DNA of 64,000 nucleotides from the NCBI RefSeq assembly GCF_036321535.1, contig NC_087436.1:19656001-19720000 (forward strand), given 5' to 3'. This DNA is from Camelus dromedarius (taxonomy: Eukaryota). Every line of letters starts with the position of its first letter. The stretch's first letter is position 1. Made by a program: the position numbers and the translations under genes. Positions 13,593 to 26,983 of this stretch are shown here, in pieces. The notes below the pieces were generated by a model that was not told where the DNA came from, ran no database searches, and saw nothing but the letters and a program-made list of their open reading frames with translations.

Positions 13593-14008
13593 TGTGACGG
13601 TGGATTGTATGAGTCAGCTTGGCTAGGCCACGGTACCCAGGTTTTTGGTTAAACATTCTAGATGTTTCTGTGAAGGTAATTTTTAGAAGAGATGAACATT
13701 AAAATTAGCAGACTTTGAGCAGGGCAGAATTATACTCCATAGTGTGGCTGGAATTCATCCAGGCAGTTGAAGACCTTAACAGAAAAGCACTGACCTTCCC
13801 AGAAGAAATTCTGCCAGCAGACTGCCTTTGGACTCGAACTGCAATTCTTCCCCAGGTCTCCAGCCTACCAGCCAAGCCTGTAAATTTTGAACTTGCCAGG
13901 CTCAATTGTGTGAGCCAATTCTCTAAAATAAATGCCTCCCACCCTCCGATAGACAGATAGGTAGATACACATCCTACTGGTTCTGTTCCTCTGGAGAACT
14001 GTAATACA
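13593..14008 (+). mobile_element. MLT2-type (ERVL) solo LTR
   Basis: TGTGACGG...GTCAGCTTGGCTAGGCCACGGTACCCAG start and TGGTTCTGTTCCTCTGGAGAACTGTAATACA end; 5-bp flanks CATAC/CCTAC. Confidence 0.85.
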
Positions 14009-14013
14009 CCTAC

Positions 14014-14420
14014 TGTGGTAAATATTACCATTGTTCACCAATATTTCTGGTCTTCTCTCCTTCTAAGTCCATGAAAAGATTATACTTCCCTGAAAACTTA
14101 AGGTAAACCACAGCCATGTAACTTGCTTTGGCTGATAAAATGGGAGCGAAAGTGACTGGTGTCACTCAAGCATTTAAGAGCCAGGGCATGATTCTTGATA
14201 ACTTTCCCCGACGGCACCAAACTGGAGGCACGCTGAGATGGTTGAAACGTAAGGTGCTGTGTCGCTCTGCCCAGGCCTCAGGTGACCGCAGGGGCAGAGT
14301 CCCATCTGCTGGCCCCTGTGATGTACAGCATAAGTGGAAACCGTTTGTTTCAAACCACTGAGATTTGGGGGTTGTTTATGAACGATACATAACCTGGAGG
14401 GAAAAAAGTCATCCTGTATG
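14014..14420 (+). mobile_element. MLT1-type (MaLR) LTR
   Basis: AGCCATGTAACTTGCTTTGGCTGATAAAATG and AAACCACTGAGATTTGGGGGTTGTT motifs typical of old MLT1. Confidence 0.7.
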
Positions 14421-15127
14421 GAAGTACCATCCACTCAACATTCAAGCAACATGCTCATTACAAATTCTTTATTTTTTTCATTATTACAAGTTCAGTAGGC
14501 CTTCTATTTAATATGAACACTGAAGAGTGACTTGGAATGCTTTATGCACATGATGGTAGCAAAAATTTCTTTAAAATTATTTTATGTAAACTTTTCACAA
14601 ACTGGTCTCTCCTTTTGTCCAAATTATTGGTAGAACATTTGGCCAAACCCGCCAGCATCCACTCCATTATAAAACTTGGAATAAATGGAGTCCATATGGA
14701 TTTGAAAATTTTGTAAACAATACCTCAAAAACTAGTCTGCCCCAACTGCTCCAGTGTTTTATGATTTAAGATCCTAGAATATGTCCACCTTCTATTTGCT
14801 GTAACTCCCAAATTACTACTAAGAAGAGATGATCTTTCAATCAGACAGATGAATCAAAACAAAATATGGCTTTTGCTAGATAGGAAAAAAAAAGTGTATA
14901 AAGGTGGGAGTTTGAACCACATGGGCCTGCAAGGAAACAGGACAAACAGATGGAGAATATCAGATTTCAAAATTATCTAGTTCTAAAAAAGAAAAAGAAA
15001 ATTATCTAGTCTTAAGGCTATCTGGAATTTTAAGACATGAACATATAGTTGAGATTATCAAATCCATCCAAAGTGTTCAGATTTAAAAAGAATTCTCAAA
15101 AATTTGGCCCAATTGAAAAAAAAAACT

Positions 15128-15251
15128 GGAGGGAGGGTACAGCTCAGTGGTGGAGCATGTGCTTAGAACACACAAGGTCCTGGGTTCAATATCCATTAAA
15201 CAAACAAACAGACTTACTAGCCTCCCCCCCCCCGCCCCCTCCCCCAAAAAA
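15128..15251 (+). mobile_element. Vic-1-type SINE
   Basis: GGGAGGGTACAGCTCAGTGGTGGAGCATGTGCTTAG...GGTCCTGGGTTCAAT, then C-run and A tail. Confidence 0.85.
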
Positions 15252-18224
15252 GACAGCATCACTTTCTCCCATAAATATCTAAAGCTACAAACTCAGTATG
15301 GAGAGCATGAACAGGGTCATATTTACTTCTCTATCTCCTCCCAGGGCCTAGCACAGTGCCTGCCTACAGTCATCATTCAATAAATGGAAAACTGACTCCT
15401 GCTACCACTCTCTCAAAGCCCTCTTGCCTGGCCGCCTCCCCCATGCCCTGAGGGAAGCAGGCTGAGAGGAGCAGAGCTAGTGCCAGTTCGGGTCACGTCC
15501 ACTCTCCCACCAGCCATCCACTTCTGTGGCCTCACCCCCACGCTGGCTAAGACTTCAACTGGCCAGTCAAAGCTGGTCAGTCAACAACAGAGACATGCGT
15601 GGGTACAAGGCCGTGTACTGGCACAAGCTGGAATTAAAAGTAGCTGCTGGATATTCAGACCCCAGAGGTCAAGCCTAACTCTTAGGTGGAGTCCAGCTCA
15701 ACAACGATCAGGGGCGATCTTAGTAAAGGCAGTCAGAGCCATGCTGTTGAGGGCAGGACCTCCAGAAACGAGGTCACGGGAGACAAAAACTGTAGTTTGT
15801 CTTCCTTTCACCAACAATTTCTTTTTGAGGAGAGAAAAAGGATGGTTGATGTAGTCTGGCTGTGGAGAACAGCCCTGGCCACACAATGGGCTGGGATCTG
15901 CCTCTGAATAGAAGAGCTAGCCAATACTTTGAGGATCATTTGCTCCGAGGAGGACAAAGGTCAGCGTCAGCCCACAATAAAACAGACTGGCCCTTTGGGC
16001 CGGGATGCTGTACTGAGGTCACCATGAGTCAGTGTGACTGTCAAAGACAATGTTTCCCCCCAAGGCTGTTTCTATTCTTATAAAGTAGGTTATTATAGCA
16101 CCCGGCTGACCAACCACAGACAGCAAGTCACTGCTGCCTTTAAGGTCAAAGGTCACTGGGATCTTAAGGAAACCCCTCAAACATCTACTATTTGTCACAT
16201 AACGAAGCAACCCCAGCATGCAGTCCACATCCCCCTGAATAAAACAGCTTAAGATGTAAACCATCTCTCAACAGCATTCCCTTACTGAATGCTGAGATGG
16301 GAACACGGAAATTGCAGCACATGTCTGCCATCTGTATTTGTACTTGTCAACAGCTCTGTTTGGGGATAAACAGTTCTGAAGTTAAGAATCAATTCAACTT
16401 GTTGGGAGATTAGCCAAGGAATAGCTCAGAAGACCAAAACAGAACATGAAGTCAGATACTCTAAAAAAAAAAAAAAAATCAAGCACGATTTTTCTGTTTC
16501 TCGCTAAACACTGTTTTGTCACAGCCTGCGAGAAAGAGCACGGCAGCTGGGGTTTAGGGGCAGAGTCGGGGAAAAAATGCATTTACTCAAGTGAAAAATT
16601 CTTCCACCCAGAACAAACGACTTTGTACAACGCAACTGGAAATCACTCAGTGACCTCTAGGAGACTACAGTTAGGAACAAAGTAATTTTAGCATTTACAC
16701 TGTCTCACGGTTCTACCATGTGAAAGGTATACATGGGGGACAACTTGCATCGGTCCAAGTACATAATACAGTCCTTTATTACCATAAAAATGGGAGCTTT
16801 TCCCAAAGTCCATCTTGATTAAAAGTAGTTCCATGGCTGAAAACACCACCCTATGGCAGAGCTATCAGAACAGAGGGATGGCAAGGGGAAAATAAAGATG
16901 TATACCGAAAGGGAGGTCAGGGGAGAAGTTAGCAAAAATAGGATGCTAGATTGGTGGGAGATAACAATGGAATTGCTTTTAGAAGTGGCTGCTGTGAAGG
17001 GACGCGGTAACCTGGCAGCCCCATAGTCTACAAAACAAATGAGAACATGTATGCTCCACGTGGAGGGACATCCATTTTCTCCTTAAAAGAAGTCATTTAT
17101 AAAAGAGCAAACTGGTGATTTGTACTTACAGACTGGACCCTTTTCAAGCCCCTGTCAAGAAGTGATAAATTATTGAAGCACAGCATAGTGTTTTATTTTT
17201 GGTGTGCACCCAGTAAAACCTTGTGAAATGTTTCTGTTCACCTTTCCCAAGTTATTAATTTAAAAATAATTGTTTCCAATTACTCTGTGATCTTTAAACG
17301 AAAACCAGACAAAATGTTGCATGTGTTTCTCCGGCCCCAGCCCTAACCCTCTCTCCCCTCCTCCCCATCTGGCCCCCACAGCCTTCAACCAGGAAACTGC
17401 TGAGACGCACACGGGGCTCCTGGACCGGGAGTGCTGCTTAGAACGCCGAGGGGTGGGGGAAGAAGGCGGGCACACAATTGTCTGGTGTTCATTCAACCGC
17501 AGTGACCAGATGTATTTGTTGTTCCTAGAGACGGCGTAAACTGCCCAGGGAATAGAGCAGGGTTGTGGGAACCTCATGAATAAAGTGTGGAAACCCTCCC
17601 GGCAGGAGACACGAGATGCAGAGGCTGCGATGGGGATGCTTGTGCTCTGCTCTTGGAGGACATGGCATCAAACCCAGCTGGGACTGGGGAGGAAGGCTCC
17701 TGGAAGCCTCTCCCAAGCAACAGTGGGGAGAAACTTTTCCCATTACAGCTGAGCTTCTGGACCTGAACGCGTTCACAAGCTCCAGGTCTTGCTTTCATCT
17801 AATGATGCCAGGCATGCACACATTAATGGCTCCACCCCACCGTGTGCATAAGATGAGAGGACGGCATGGGTGCCAGGGCTCTGGAAAGGGGGCAAGAAAA
17901 CCCACCAAGTGAACCGCACAGGAGACACAAGATGACAGCGCACAGACTTGGCTTAAAGGGACTGATCACGCCCACCGGGCATGTTGGAACCTTTGGAACC
18001 TCTTCCCCAAGTCAACGTGGATTCCTTCTCCTTTTGGGGCAGTGCAACTGGTAGGTCCCCAATTCTATTTCCCACCGAGGTGATGGACCAGGGGCTGAAC
18101 GTCTGGCCTCAGGGGCCCTTTTTAGCCTCAGACTGAAACTGGATGCCCTGTAGGACATTTTTACTCCAGCATTTTGCAAGACAAACAGAAGAGGACAGGA
18201 TAAAGCAGGGCATCTCTACAGTGT

Positions 18225-18230
18225 TTTAAT
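18225..18230 (-). terminator. Probable LSM6 polyadenylation signal (ATTAAA)
   Basis: Minus-strand ATTAAA ~350 nt after the stop, followed by a U/GU-rich tract (CTTTATCCTGTCCTCTTCTGTTTGTCTTG). Confidence 0.6.
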
Positions 18231-18576
18231 CATCCTCACATTCTGTGTCACTTCAGTCCGTCCAACAAGGAAAGCAGGCAAATCAAACGGCACTGCTTGA
18301 AACTTCAGTTAAAAACCGTGTAAAGAGAGAAAGATCTTTTCTTTTTTAAAAAATTCTTTTTGCTTTCCGCAAACTGACACAGAGGTAAAAGGAAACAGTT
18401 GCAACTTAAATATGAAAGAATGCTTTACAATTAAATCCACAATTTTACACATTTATCTTTCTCACGCGTCAGTGAAAAATCACCATTACAAAATAGGACA
18501 AATTATATGACAAAAGGAATGAAAAACTTAATAAAAACCATGTCCGAGTATGGGAAGTACTGCATGCTCACTGTCT

Positions 18577-18611
18577 TCACATCCTTCTCTTCTGTGTACT
18601 TATGTACAACA
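18577..18611 (-). CDS. LSM6: LSM6 last coding exon
   Basis: Pyrimidine tract TTTTTCTTTTCAG| then (V)LYISTQKRRM-TGA; 94+114+35=243 nt = 80 aa plus stop. Confidence 0.97.
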
Positions 18612-18992
18612 CTGAAAAGAAAAAATAAACCAATTGAGAAAGCTGTTCTTAGGTGTCATAATAGCAGGTTTTAAAATTAAAAGCAAACAGGATTTTAGCC
18701 CGACACCTCTGCAAATTTCAAAGGAATCTTCATCCCACACAAGAAATCCTAGAACTCCTACAAGACTAATTTTATGAATCTAGGTCTGAGTTTGATGCTA
18801 CAGGACTGTGTTCTAGGCTTAGCTACACTTGACTGACTTGGCAAATCCTGACCAAATGGGTAAGATGAATGTATGTGAAAGTCTCTGGAATATTAGAGTG
18901 TTTCATAATTGTAGGTATGATGATTATGCTTGCAGTGAAGTAAATTAGCAAATCTACCAGGCTAAACCTCAGGTTAAGAATAAAGGACATTA

Positions 18993-19086
18993 ATATATAC
19001 ATATATGCATGTATATGCATGACTGGGACATTGTGCTATACACCAGAAATTGACATTTGTAACTGATGATACTTCAATTAAAAAAA
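18993..19086 (+). mobile_element. 5'-truncated L1 tail in LSM6 intron 3
   Basis: L1 3' terminal sequence plus A tail; perfect 17-bp TSD AAGAATAAAGGACATTA (18976-18992 / 19087-19103) at a TT/AAGA site. Confidence 0.88.
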
Positions 19087-19809
19087 AAGAATAAAGGACA
19101 TTATTTTCATCCATCTCCTCAATATAATCACTACACTTGCTGTTTCCTTTTTAAACTATATCAGGATAAACAAGAGCTGAGGAATTTGTCATGTTTCTTA
19201 AAGATACTGAAGTCCTTATTCTGATTTCCCTGGAAAGTATCAACCTTTGGTGTTACTCAAAGTTTTACTTAGCTAGTCTTCTTGTGACTACCCAAACTGA
19301 ACTCTTCAGCATATGTGGTACATAAGAATCAGATGACATCTGATGACCGCGTCACTCCAGGCAAGCCTCCACCAGAGGCTACCTCCTCTCAGGCCTACTC
19401 AGATTCTGATAGGTTTGTTCAAAGTCAACACTAAAAGATACCTTCATCAAAGGGCATAGCACAGATTAATCAAATGAGCCAGGATCCTCTTCTAAGAGCG
19501 GAGGATGTAAATTACAGTCTAAAGGTAACTAACACTGATCGTCCTGTGGGAAAAGTTTTACAAAGGGAAGAACCAGAATGACAGTAAAAGCACCACTAGG
19601 AAACTGAGATGTGGGGTGTGTGTGTGTGACAGGATCCAGCCTCTCACCACTCGCAGAACCCACAGCTGACTACTGCTAGCAGCTGTCTTGAGATGGGGAA
19701 AGATCATTAACATTCCTTAGTAAATGGAAAGAGTCAAATAAGAACAATACTAAAAACAGGAGAAGACATCCTACACATTGAAAGGACAAAAAAGGTATAT
19801 ATAAAGATA

Positions 19810-20200
19810 TGCGATGACCTCCATGTTCACAGCAGCACCATTTACAATAGCCAAGTCACGGAAGCAACCTAAGTGTCCATCAATATATGAATGGGTAAAA
19901 GAGATGTGGTATATATACAATGGAGTATTACTCAGCCATAAGAAAGAATGAAACAGTGCCATTTACAGCAACATGGATGGACCAAGAGGTTATCATACTA
20001 AGTGCAGTAAGTTAGAGAAAGACAAATATATCACTTATATGTGGAACCTGAAAAAGAAAAGAAGCAAATGAACTTATTTACAAAATAGAAACAGACTCAG
20101 ACATAGAAAATAATTTTATAGGTACAAAAGGGGAAGAGAAGGCAGAATTAGGAGGCTAGGATTAACAGATATATACTACATATATAAAATAGATAAGGAC
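19810..20200 (+). mobile_element. L1 3' fragment in LSM6 intron 3
   Basis: CCATGTTCACAGCAGCACCATTTACAATAGCCAAG...GGAAGCAACCTAAGTGTCCATCAA. Confidence 0.9.
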
Positions 20201-20994
20201 CAGATAGAATACCCACAAGTCAGGATGTTTAGTTCACAGCAAAGAGATACAGTTGTTAAGGGGGTTAAAGAAGTTATTCAGAACTAAAGAATGCACATCA
20301 ATTAAAAAAATTCAAAATCAAGAGTCCTGGAGACCCATTTGGATGGGACCAAAAAGTGGGGATGCATCAAAGGATAATTTCCACAGTTTTAAGGTCTTCC
20401 CCTTCCCCCACAAAAATTCAAATGTGCCTTTATTGATAATGTGGTTTTAAATGAGGTACTTAAAAGCAACCATAATAATCACAGCGATATATAAGTTGTT
20501 AAAAAGTTAGGAAAGTTCAGAATCTTATTTCCCATTTTGCCATTTTTGCCAAACTAAAGGATACAAATCTCCCACAAAAAGGCATCTGAATGCTTAATAG
20601 AGGAAAGGACAAGCTAACTGCCAAATGATGCAAACCAAAGACAGCAGGGAAAGAGTGGCCACTCTCATAGCTCCAACCGCTAGTGTTAGAGGCCAAGGTG
20701 CGGGAATATCACACCCTTTGTTCAAGAGAACTGAGTTCTGGGTCAGTGTATCAAGGTCCCTCAGTTCCTCACCAGTAAAGAGAAGGATGAGGAGAATTTC
20801 TTGTTCCAAAATGCCAAGAAACATCTAAAAAAGAACTGGTTGCACTGAAGATCTGAGATGTAAGAATTTAAAAACAAATAAAGCAGAACCCAAACTGAAC
20901 TTTTAAATTATCTACAAAACCTGCTGGTGATTCTGACTAGAACCAGAAAGGTTCACTGTGGCTACTGCGCAACTGCAAAGTGAAAGGATTTTAC

Positions 20995-21108
20995 CATTGT
21001 TTCCTCGGATGAATGCATCCCCGTACTTATTCTTCAGTTGTCCATTTACGTACTCTTCCGTCTGCTCCAAGGCAATGTTCATGTAGCCATCCAGGCAAGC
21101 CAGGACCC
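20995..21108 (-). CDS. LSM6: LSM6 coding exon 2 (gene exon 3)
   Basis: Acceptor CTCTAG|GG; 114 nt reading (G)VLACLDGYMNIALEQTEEYVNGQLKNKYGDAFIRGNN plus 1 nt; donor G|GTAAAA; Sm1/Sm2 motifs; phase matches flanking exons. Confidence 0.98.
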
Positions 21109-24100
21109 CTAGAGACGGAGTGAGTCAGAGAGAAGATATACAAAGCAAAGAGTTGAAACTTACAGGGTATACCTTAGGGCTGACGATCTCTTTATCCATA
21201 AGCACTTATATGCTTAATATAAAAATTCACACTGTAAATGAAACTCAACAGACGGAAGCACAAAAAATCCCCATCTCTGCTCTCTGCCAGTCTGAATGAA
21301 GGCTAAGAGGCATACGGGGTGAGAGCCGTGGTGCACCCACCGCTGGCAGGAAGAACAACGGACTGCTGATTCTCTCGTGGTACGTGTTGTAATGACAACT
21401 TTTACAGTCTTCACAAAAGCAACACAGTAAGAATATTCCAAATAAAGTACCATTCTTTGAAAGCTAAAACCAGGAGTGGGCAATTATGCAGGAACAAATG
21501 ACCACTAGCCAAGACACCTCACGTCCAGTGGCATTTCTTACTTAAGCCACCAAATGAAGTACGGGTCTGGCAGATTTATCTCATTCTTTCACAACCTCTC
21601 CCGCAGCAGACGAATGTACTCCAGGGTTAAGAGGAAGTCTCCACAATCTGTTACAATAATAGAGAAGAGGAGACAGCAGGTGCTCCTGAAAGAACATCTT
21701 AAAGCTGTGACTCACAGTGAAGAGCAGCTTGAGAACACGAGGCGACATATTGCATTACAACACGTCCCTTTCCGTGTGGCTCCAGTGAGGACATTTGCAA
21801 ATCCAGACTAATACAGAAAAACAGCCAAAAACATTCTAGGGAGCTTTCAAGGAAACTGCTCAAGTAAATCCTGTTCATTGTGTTAAGATGATAGCAATTT
21901 TGCAAAATTTGACCTGATGATTTTTTTGTTTAAAGATGAAAATCTACGTCTCTAACTCTGAGTCTCTAATTTCATGTGGTATTTTCTATAAAAACAACAC
22001 CACAAAACATATAACAGAAATTTGATTTGATGAACCAAGTCGATGGCTTCATTTAGTCTCAACTTCGTTAATATGCTCCTCACTCTCTGCCTCTGCCCCC
22101 ATTATCCTCTAGACAAAACAGTTCCTTTTCAAAGTTGTGTGTGTGTAATAAGAGCACAGGACATTAATCTCACAGAATTCTGCCAGAAGCTGCAAACTTG
22201 CAAAGCATCAGAATGGACTGTGAACAATTAATAACAATCATTTCCTATTAAAAGAAAGCTGAAGATACAACTTTACAGTTTATTTCCTGCTGTATTACTT
22301 TAGATCTAAACCCCAATCATGAATGAGCAAGAAACTTCTAAGACATGATATGCAAGTCTGTTTGAAAATTAATTAAATGGACTGAAAAATGAAATGGTCA
22401 CTTCTAATAAAAATATTCTCATAGCAAAGATTTTTTTAAGAAAAAGGTTCCACAACGTTGGAATGATAATCCCCTCCCTTCCCTAAGGGTTAAACTACAA
22501 CGAATAACAGAAAATAAGTTTCTTCAAACTTAAAGGGCAACTGCTACAGAGAGCTGTTTCTTTTTTTATTATTATTTAACCATATTCTTTATCGTAGATT
22601 CTCAATACCGTACAATATTTTGCTTTAATACTACAGAAGCCATGAACTGACGTTCATAAAAGGAGAAAAATTATAGTTACTACCCATATGAAAGGTTGCT
22701 CAATCCCAAACCAGTAAACAAAGAAATATAAAAGAGATATTACTTGTTACCAATTAGAATGGAAAAGTTGTTGAAATCAAAGGCTAATCCAAGGGCTGAT
22801 GAGAAAATAGGGGAAAACGAGCCATCTGCCCTGATGGAGGCCGTTTGCCACCCTCTTTGACTCCAAGCCCAGGGAATTTACAAACGAGACACTTGGTCAA
22901 ATGCTCGGGATACATGTCAAAGGAGCAGAGCTGTTTACAACAGCAAAAAACACCTAAATGTCCATTAACTGGACACTGGTTAAAAAAAACATAACCGTGG
23001 TCCACCCACTCATGGTACTCCCATGCAGCCATTAAACACTGTATTCTCAGAGACCTGAATGCATTTTTAATGTTAAAAAAAAATCAGGATGCGTGCCCCT
23101 GATTCCATTTCTGTAAAATGATGCATATATGGAGACAGGTCCTAGCTGCTACGGCTGATTATCTCCAGACGGTAGAATTTTGGGAGCGTTTGCTTTCTTC
23201 TCTATACTTTCCAGTCATTATTTGCTTTGAAATTTCTTTAAAAAAAAAGAAAGAAAGAAAAGGAAAAGGAAAACATATTTATTACCTTTGTAAACAGAAA
23301 ACATTTCCCTAAAAAGTATAGAGGAAAAAGGCCAGGCTGACTATCTCAGTGAAGAGGGTACTGAGGAGATACTGAACACAGGTCCCTGACCTAATCAGCT
23401 ACGGAAGATTCTCTCGGAGTCTATCACCTTCTTTGAGCTCATCAAAAGTTCCAGGGTAAGAAGCAGCACATAGAGACTTAATAATATCTCAGTATTCAGT
23501 ATAAATCCATTAATTCCACTATAAAAATGAAATTAAACCAGAGATATGCTAATAAAAGGAGTACACAAACAGTAGAATATTTCTTAACAAGGCTTTTAAG
23601 TCATGCTTGAGTTTGAGTTTCAGCTCCTCCTTTGCTAAGTGGGGACAATCAACAGAGATCTCAAAGGATTTTTATGACTAGAAAGTGAAAATTGAAGTGA
23701 TTAAATTAATGCACACTGGACCCCTAGCAAGCGCTCAATAAAATTAAGTTTGCATGTGTGGAAAGTGGAGAAATCACAAGAGATTCTGATCATTATTCAG
23801 GAAAGAGACCAACATCTATTCAGAAAAGACCAAGAAAAGGATTTAAAATTCTGCTAATGAATTGGTTATCTATACCTGTGAAATATTCCCAGTAATGGAA
23901 CATATCTCAATTTTCAAGATTAGGAATTTCAGACTTTAAAAAATGGAATTTGATACTGCTACTTCCACAAAGTTAATTTCAGTAGTCACAGCCTCTTAAA
24001 AAGAGCAGTTTTTCCTCCCTAAGGACAGAAAGGTGTCTCTGGATACCCCACACACTATATGAGCGGGAAGTCTCAATCGCTGCTTGCCAATCCTGACCAC

Positions 24101-24433
24101 TTCCGTACAAATGCGGCTGGGCCAAGGTGTTTTCAGTATCCAGTTACTCAGGCCTGGCTATCACCAGGGAACTCAGGCACACACGATCTCAAAGCAGAGA
24201 CAGGAGACAGGAGCCGCACATCACACCGCAAGTCAGAAGTGCACACTCTGCTGTCAGAGCTGTCTCTCTAAAATGAACCATCTCAGAGGAAGAAAAAGAA
24301 ATGGGTAGACAAACTATGGGGGCAACCAATGCTTTTTGGTCTACTGGGTACTTCTAAGAGGCTCATAAAAATCAGTTAAGTCACCTTTAGTTATTTAGTT
24401 AACACCAGCAAAGATGCAGCATGAAGATATTAC

Positions 24434-24527
24434 CTCGATAATCCACTCCAGAATTTAATTTTACCACTACTGGTCGTCCGATGATTTGCTTTAAGAAGTC
24501 ACTGGGTGTTTGCTTCCGCAGACTCAT
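24434..24527 (-). CDS. LSM6: LSM6 coding exon 1 (gene exon 2), U6 snRNA-associated Sm-like protein LSm6
   Basis: Minus-strand ATG at 24527 reads MSLRKQTPSDFLKQIIGRPVVVKLNSGVDYR plus 1 nt (94 nt), then donor G|GTAATA; matches the known LSm6 N-terminus. Confidence 0.98.
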
Positions 24528-25184
24528 TTTAACAACCCTGGTCCGAAATCTGAAAAGGAGCAATAAAGGCAAAGATAAAAGTTAATTATTCAACAAAAAA
24601 GACTGGAAGCCTTTCATGTATTTACAGGAAATCAAGAGTCAAAGGATCACAGTGAAGTCAACATCACTCCACCATGCTCCAGCAACGAGGCAGCTAACGC
24701 GATGCCAGTACTTCCCGCGAGCCTGATGCTGCGCTAATAAGTGTTTTACACCTCTTCTCTCATTCAGCCCCACCGGAACCCTATGACACAGCCTCGTCAC
24801 AGAAGAGCCCTGTGTTTACAGAGCCCCTGTTCTCAATCACGCCGTCACTGCTGTCTCAGGTGTAGTCAATACAGCCACCACAAGCACAACCACCTCCACC
24901 CCTTAGGGAATGCTTGTCTTATGCTTGAGTGCTCTGCTAAGATCCTTATAAAAACACTATCAAATTGAATCTTTACGAGGACCCTGGGGAGAAGGTCTTA
25001 ATATCCCCACGTTGCTGGTGAAAATAAAGGCACAGAAAGATGAAACAACATGCCCTCAAATGTGACGGAATCAATATTCAAGTTCAAATCAGCCATATTT
25101 TAAAATCACAGATTATATGCTGCTTATATAACATTTACAACTACTGATGTCAAAACAGTCCCTCTGAAAAAAATTATAATCATA

Positions 25185-25370
25185 ACTGAGAGCTAAAATT
25201 TGAGTGCACTACATGCTAGCACTTCTCTAAGCACTTTACATCTATTAATCCACTTGGAGCTCACTGAGGTAGGTATTGTTTTAACCTCATTTTACTAATG
25301 AACAGACACAGAAAGGGCGAGGCATCCTGGTCAAGGTCACACAGCCAGTAAGTGGCTAGCCAGCCCATGT
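25185..25370 (-). mobile_element. MIR SINE
   Basis: CTAAGCACTTTACA...GAGGTAGGTATT...CAAGGTCACACAGCCAGTAAGTGGC. Confidence 0.75.
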
Positions 25371-26885
25371 CTTAATCACATCTTTATACAGCCTCCAGAA
25401 AGCTGCTAATGTAGCCGAAGATTCTGATTTACACTATTGTAATGACAGCAGACAGACATTCCATATAATAAAGCAAAAAATCTTAAAAATCAAATATAAT
25501 AGGAATCTGAAATAGGGAAAGAACATTATGCACCCAAATCAATCACAGACATACAGAACTGCCCATCACTCCTTTCAAAACTCATCTTGTTATATAAGTT
25601 CTCTCTCAAAATACTTTGGTATACAAATTGGAAATTAACTTTTCTGTTTCAGTCGAATCTAGCATCACTTTTATTTGGTAGCCATAAAAACAGCACTGAC
25701 ACTTAAAAATAAATATAAATACAATATTTTAAGGACTCCCCTAAAGAACTCAGATCGGTTTTTTTGTTAGTTTTCAATCAAAATTTTCACTAAACATTCT
25801 TCCATAAACAGCATTGCTTATCTCACTGCAAGTCCATCCACTCAATGATCTGAATTCAGGTTTAAGATCATCGTTTGGAGATTTTCTCAAAGTGAATCTG
25901 TGCAAGGCTCAGCAGTTTGGATAAGCTAGAATACTAGGTTATTGGCTTTTCATTTGGTTAATAATTATGTGTAGGGACACACTGCAAGGGGATTCAAAAA
26001 ATACCATACACACAGGCTGTGACCTTAAAGAACTTAGAATCTAGAACTTAAACTCCTGCTTAAAGGGTGTGAGTAAACAAAAGTAAATTTAAGTAAATAA
26101 TTAAAGTAAAATAATTTTCTTTAAGTAAGAAAAGTCAACATCTCAAGTTAAATAAAAGAAAACACAAATTTCATAAACTATTCTTGAATGTGGGGCTATT
26201 ACTTGGTCCATCCTCATCCATTCCATCTCTCCAAGGCTTGAAAGATTTTTTAATTGATCAACTAATTATTCTGCTCGGCAAATTTTAACTTTTCCAACGA
26301 ATTACCAGTTTATGTATTTTTTCAGCTACACAGTCTCAACAGATAACTAAAATTACCATTCAGGACAATCACTATTCATTCATGACTCAGACCACACAAC
26401 AACTTTATTTATGCTGTTTTGAGCACAAGAAAAAAAAATTACAAAGTAAATCCTGTAGCAGATTCAGTACCTTTAACGAGTTTAGTAAAAAGAAACAGAT
26501 CTTGCCATTCACCCATGAAGTGCTTTACTTATGTCTTGAACATGTGCTGTTTTGTGGATGACAGGGTCTGGAGAGACTATTAACTCTGAAGGTCTGATAG
26601 AGACCCAACTCACGGGTCTTAGATTCATCTCCCACCAGATGCTAAGTCCCATTATGTCAGCTTCCTCATGTACAAAATTGAGATAAAACTAGCTGTTTAT
26701 TTTGTGCTAAAAAACCCCACTAAAATGTATTGTGATATGAAAATCTGTGATTAACCACCTTGTCCAAAGGTAAAAGTTAATGACATTAAAAAAATACAAA
26801 CCTAGACTGTTAGTTGCTTAACTGATGGTATTACTTTAAAAATGTTATTAATACTATCTTTCCTCATCTTTTAAAAAAGCACACA

Positions 26886-26983
26886 TATATTCTTCTTCTA
26901 AGCTCATCAAAGATCACACCTCTGCCATTAAGCCTATATTCTTCTTCTAAGCTCATCAAAGATCACACCTCTGCCATTAAGCC
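26886..26983. repeat. Perfect 49-bp tandem duplication
   Basis: TATATTCTTCTTCTAAGCTCATCAAAGATCACACCTCTGCCATTAAGCC at 26886 and 26935. Confidence 0.97.
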
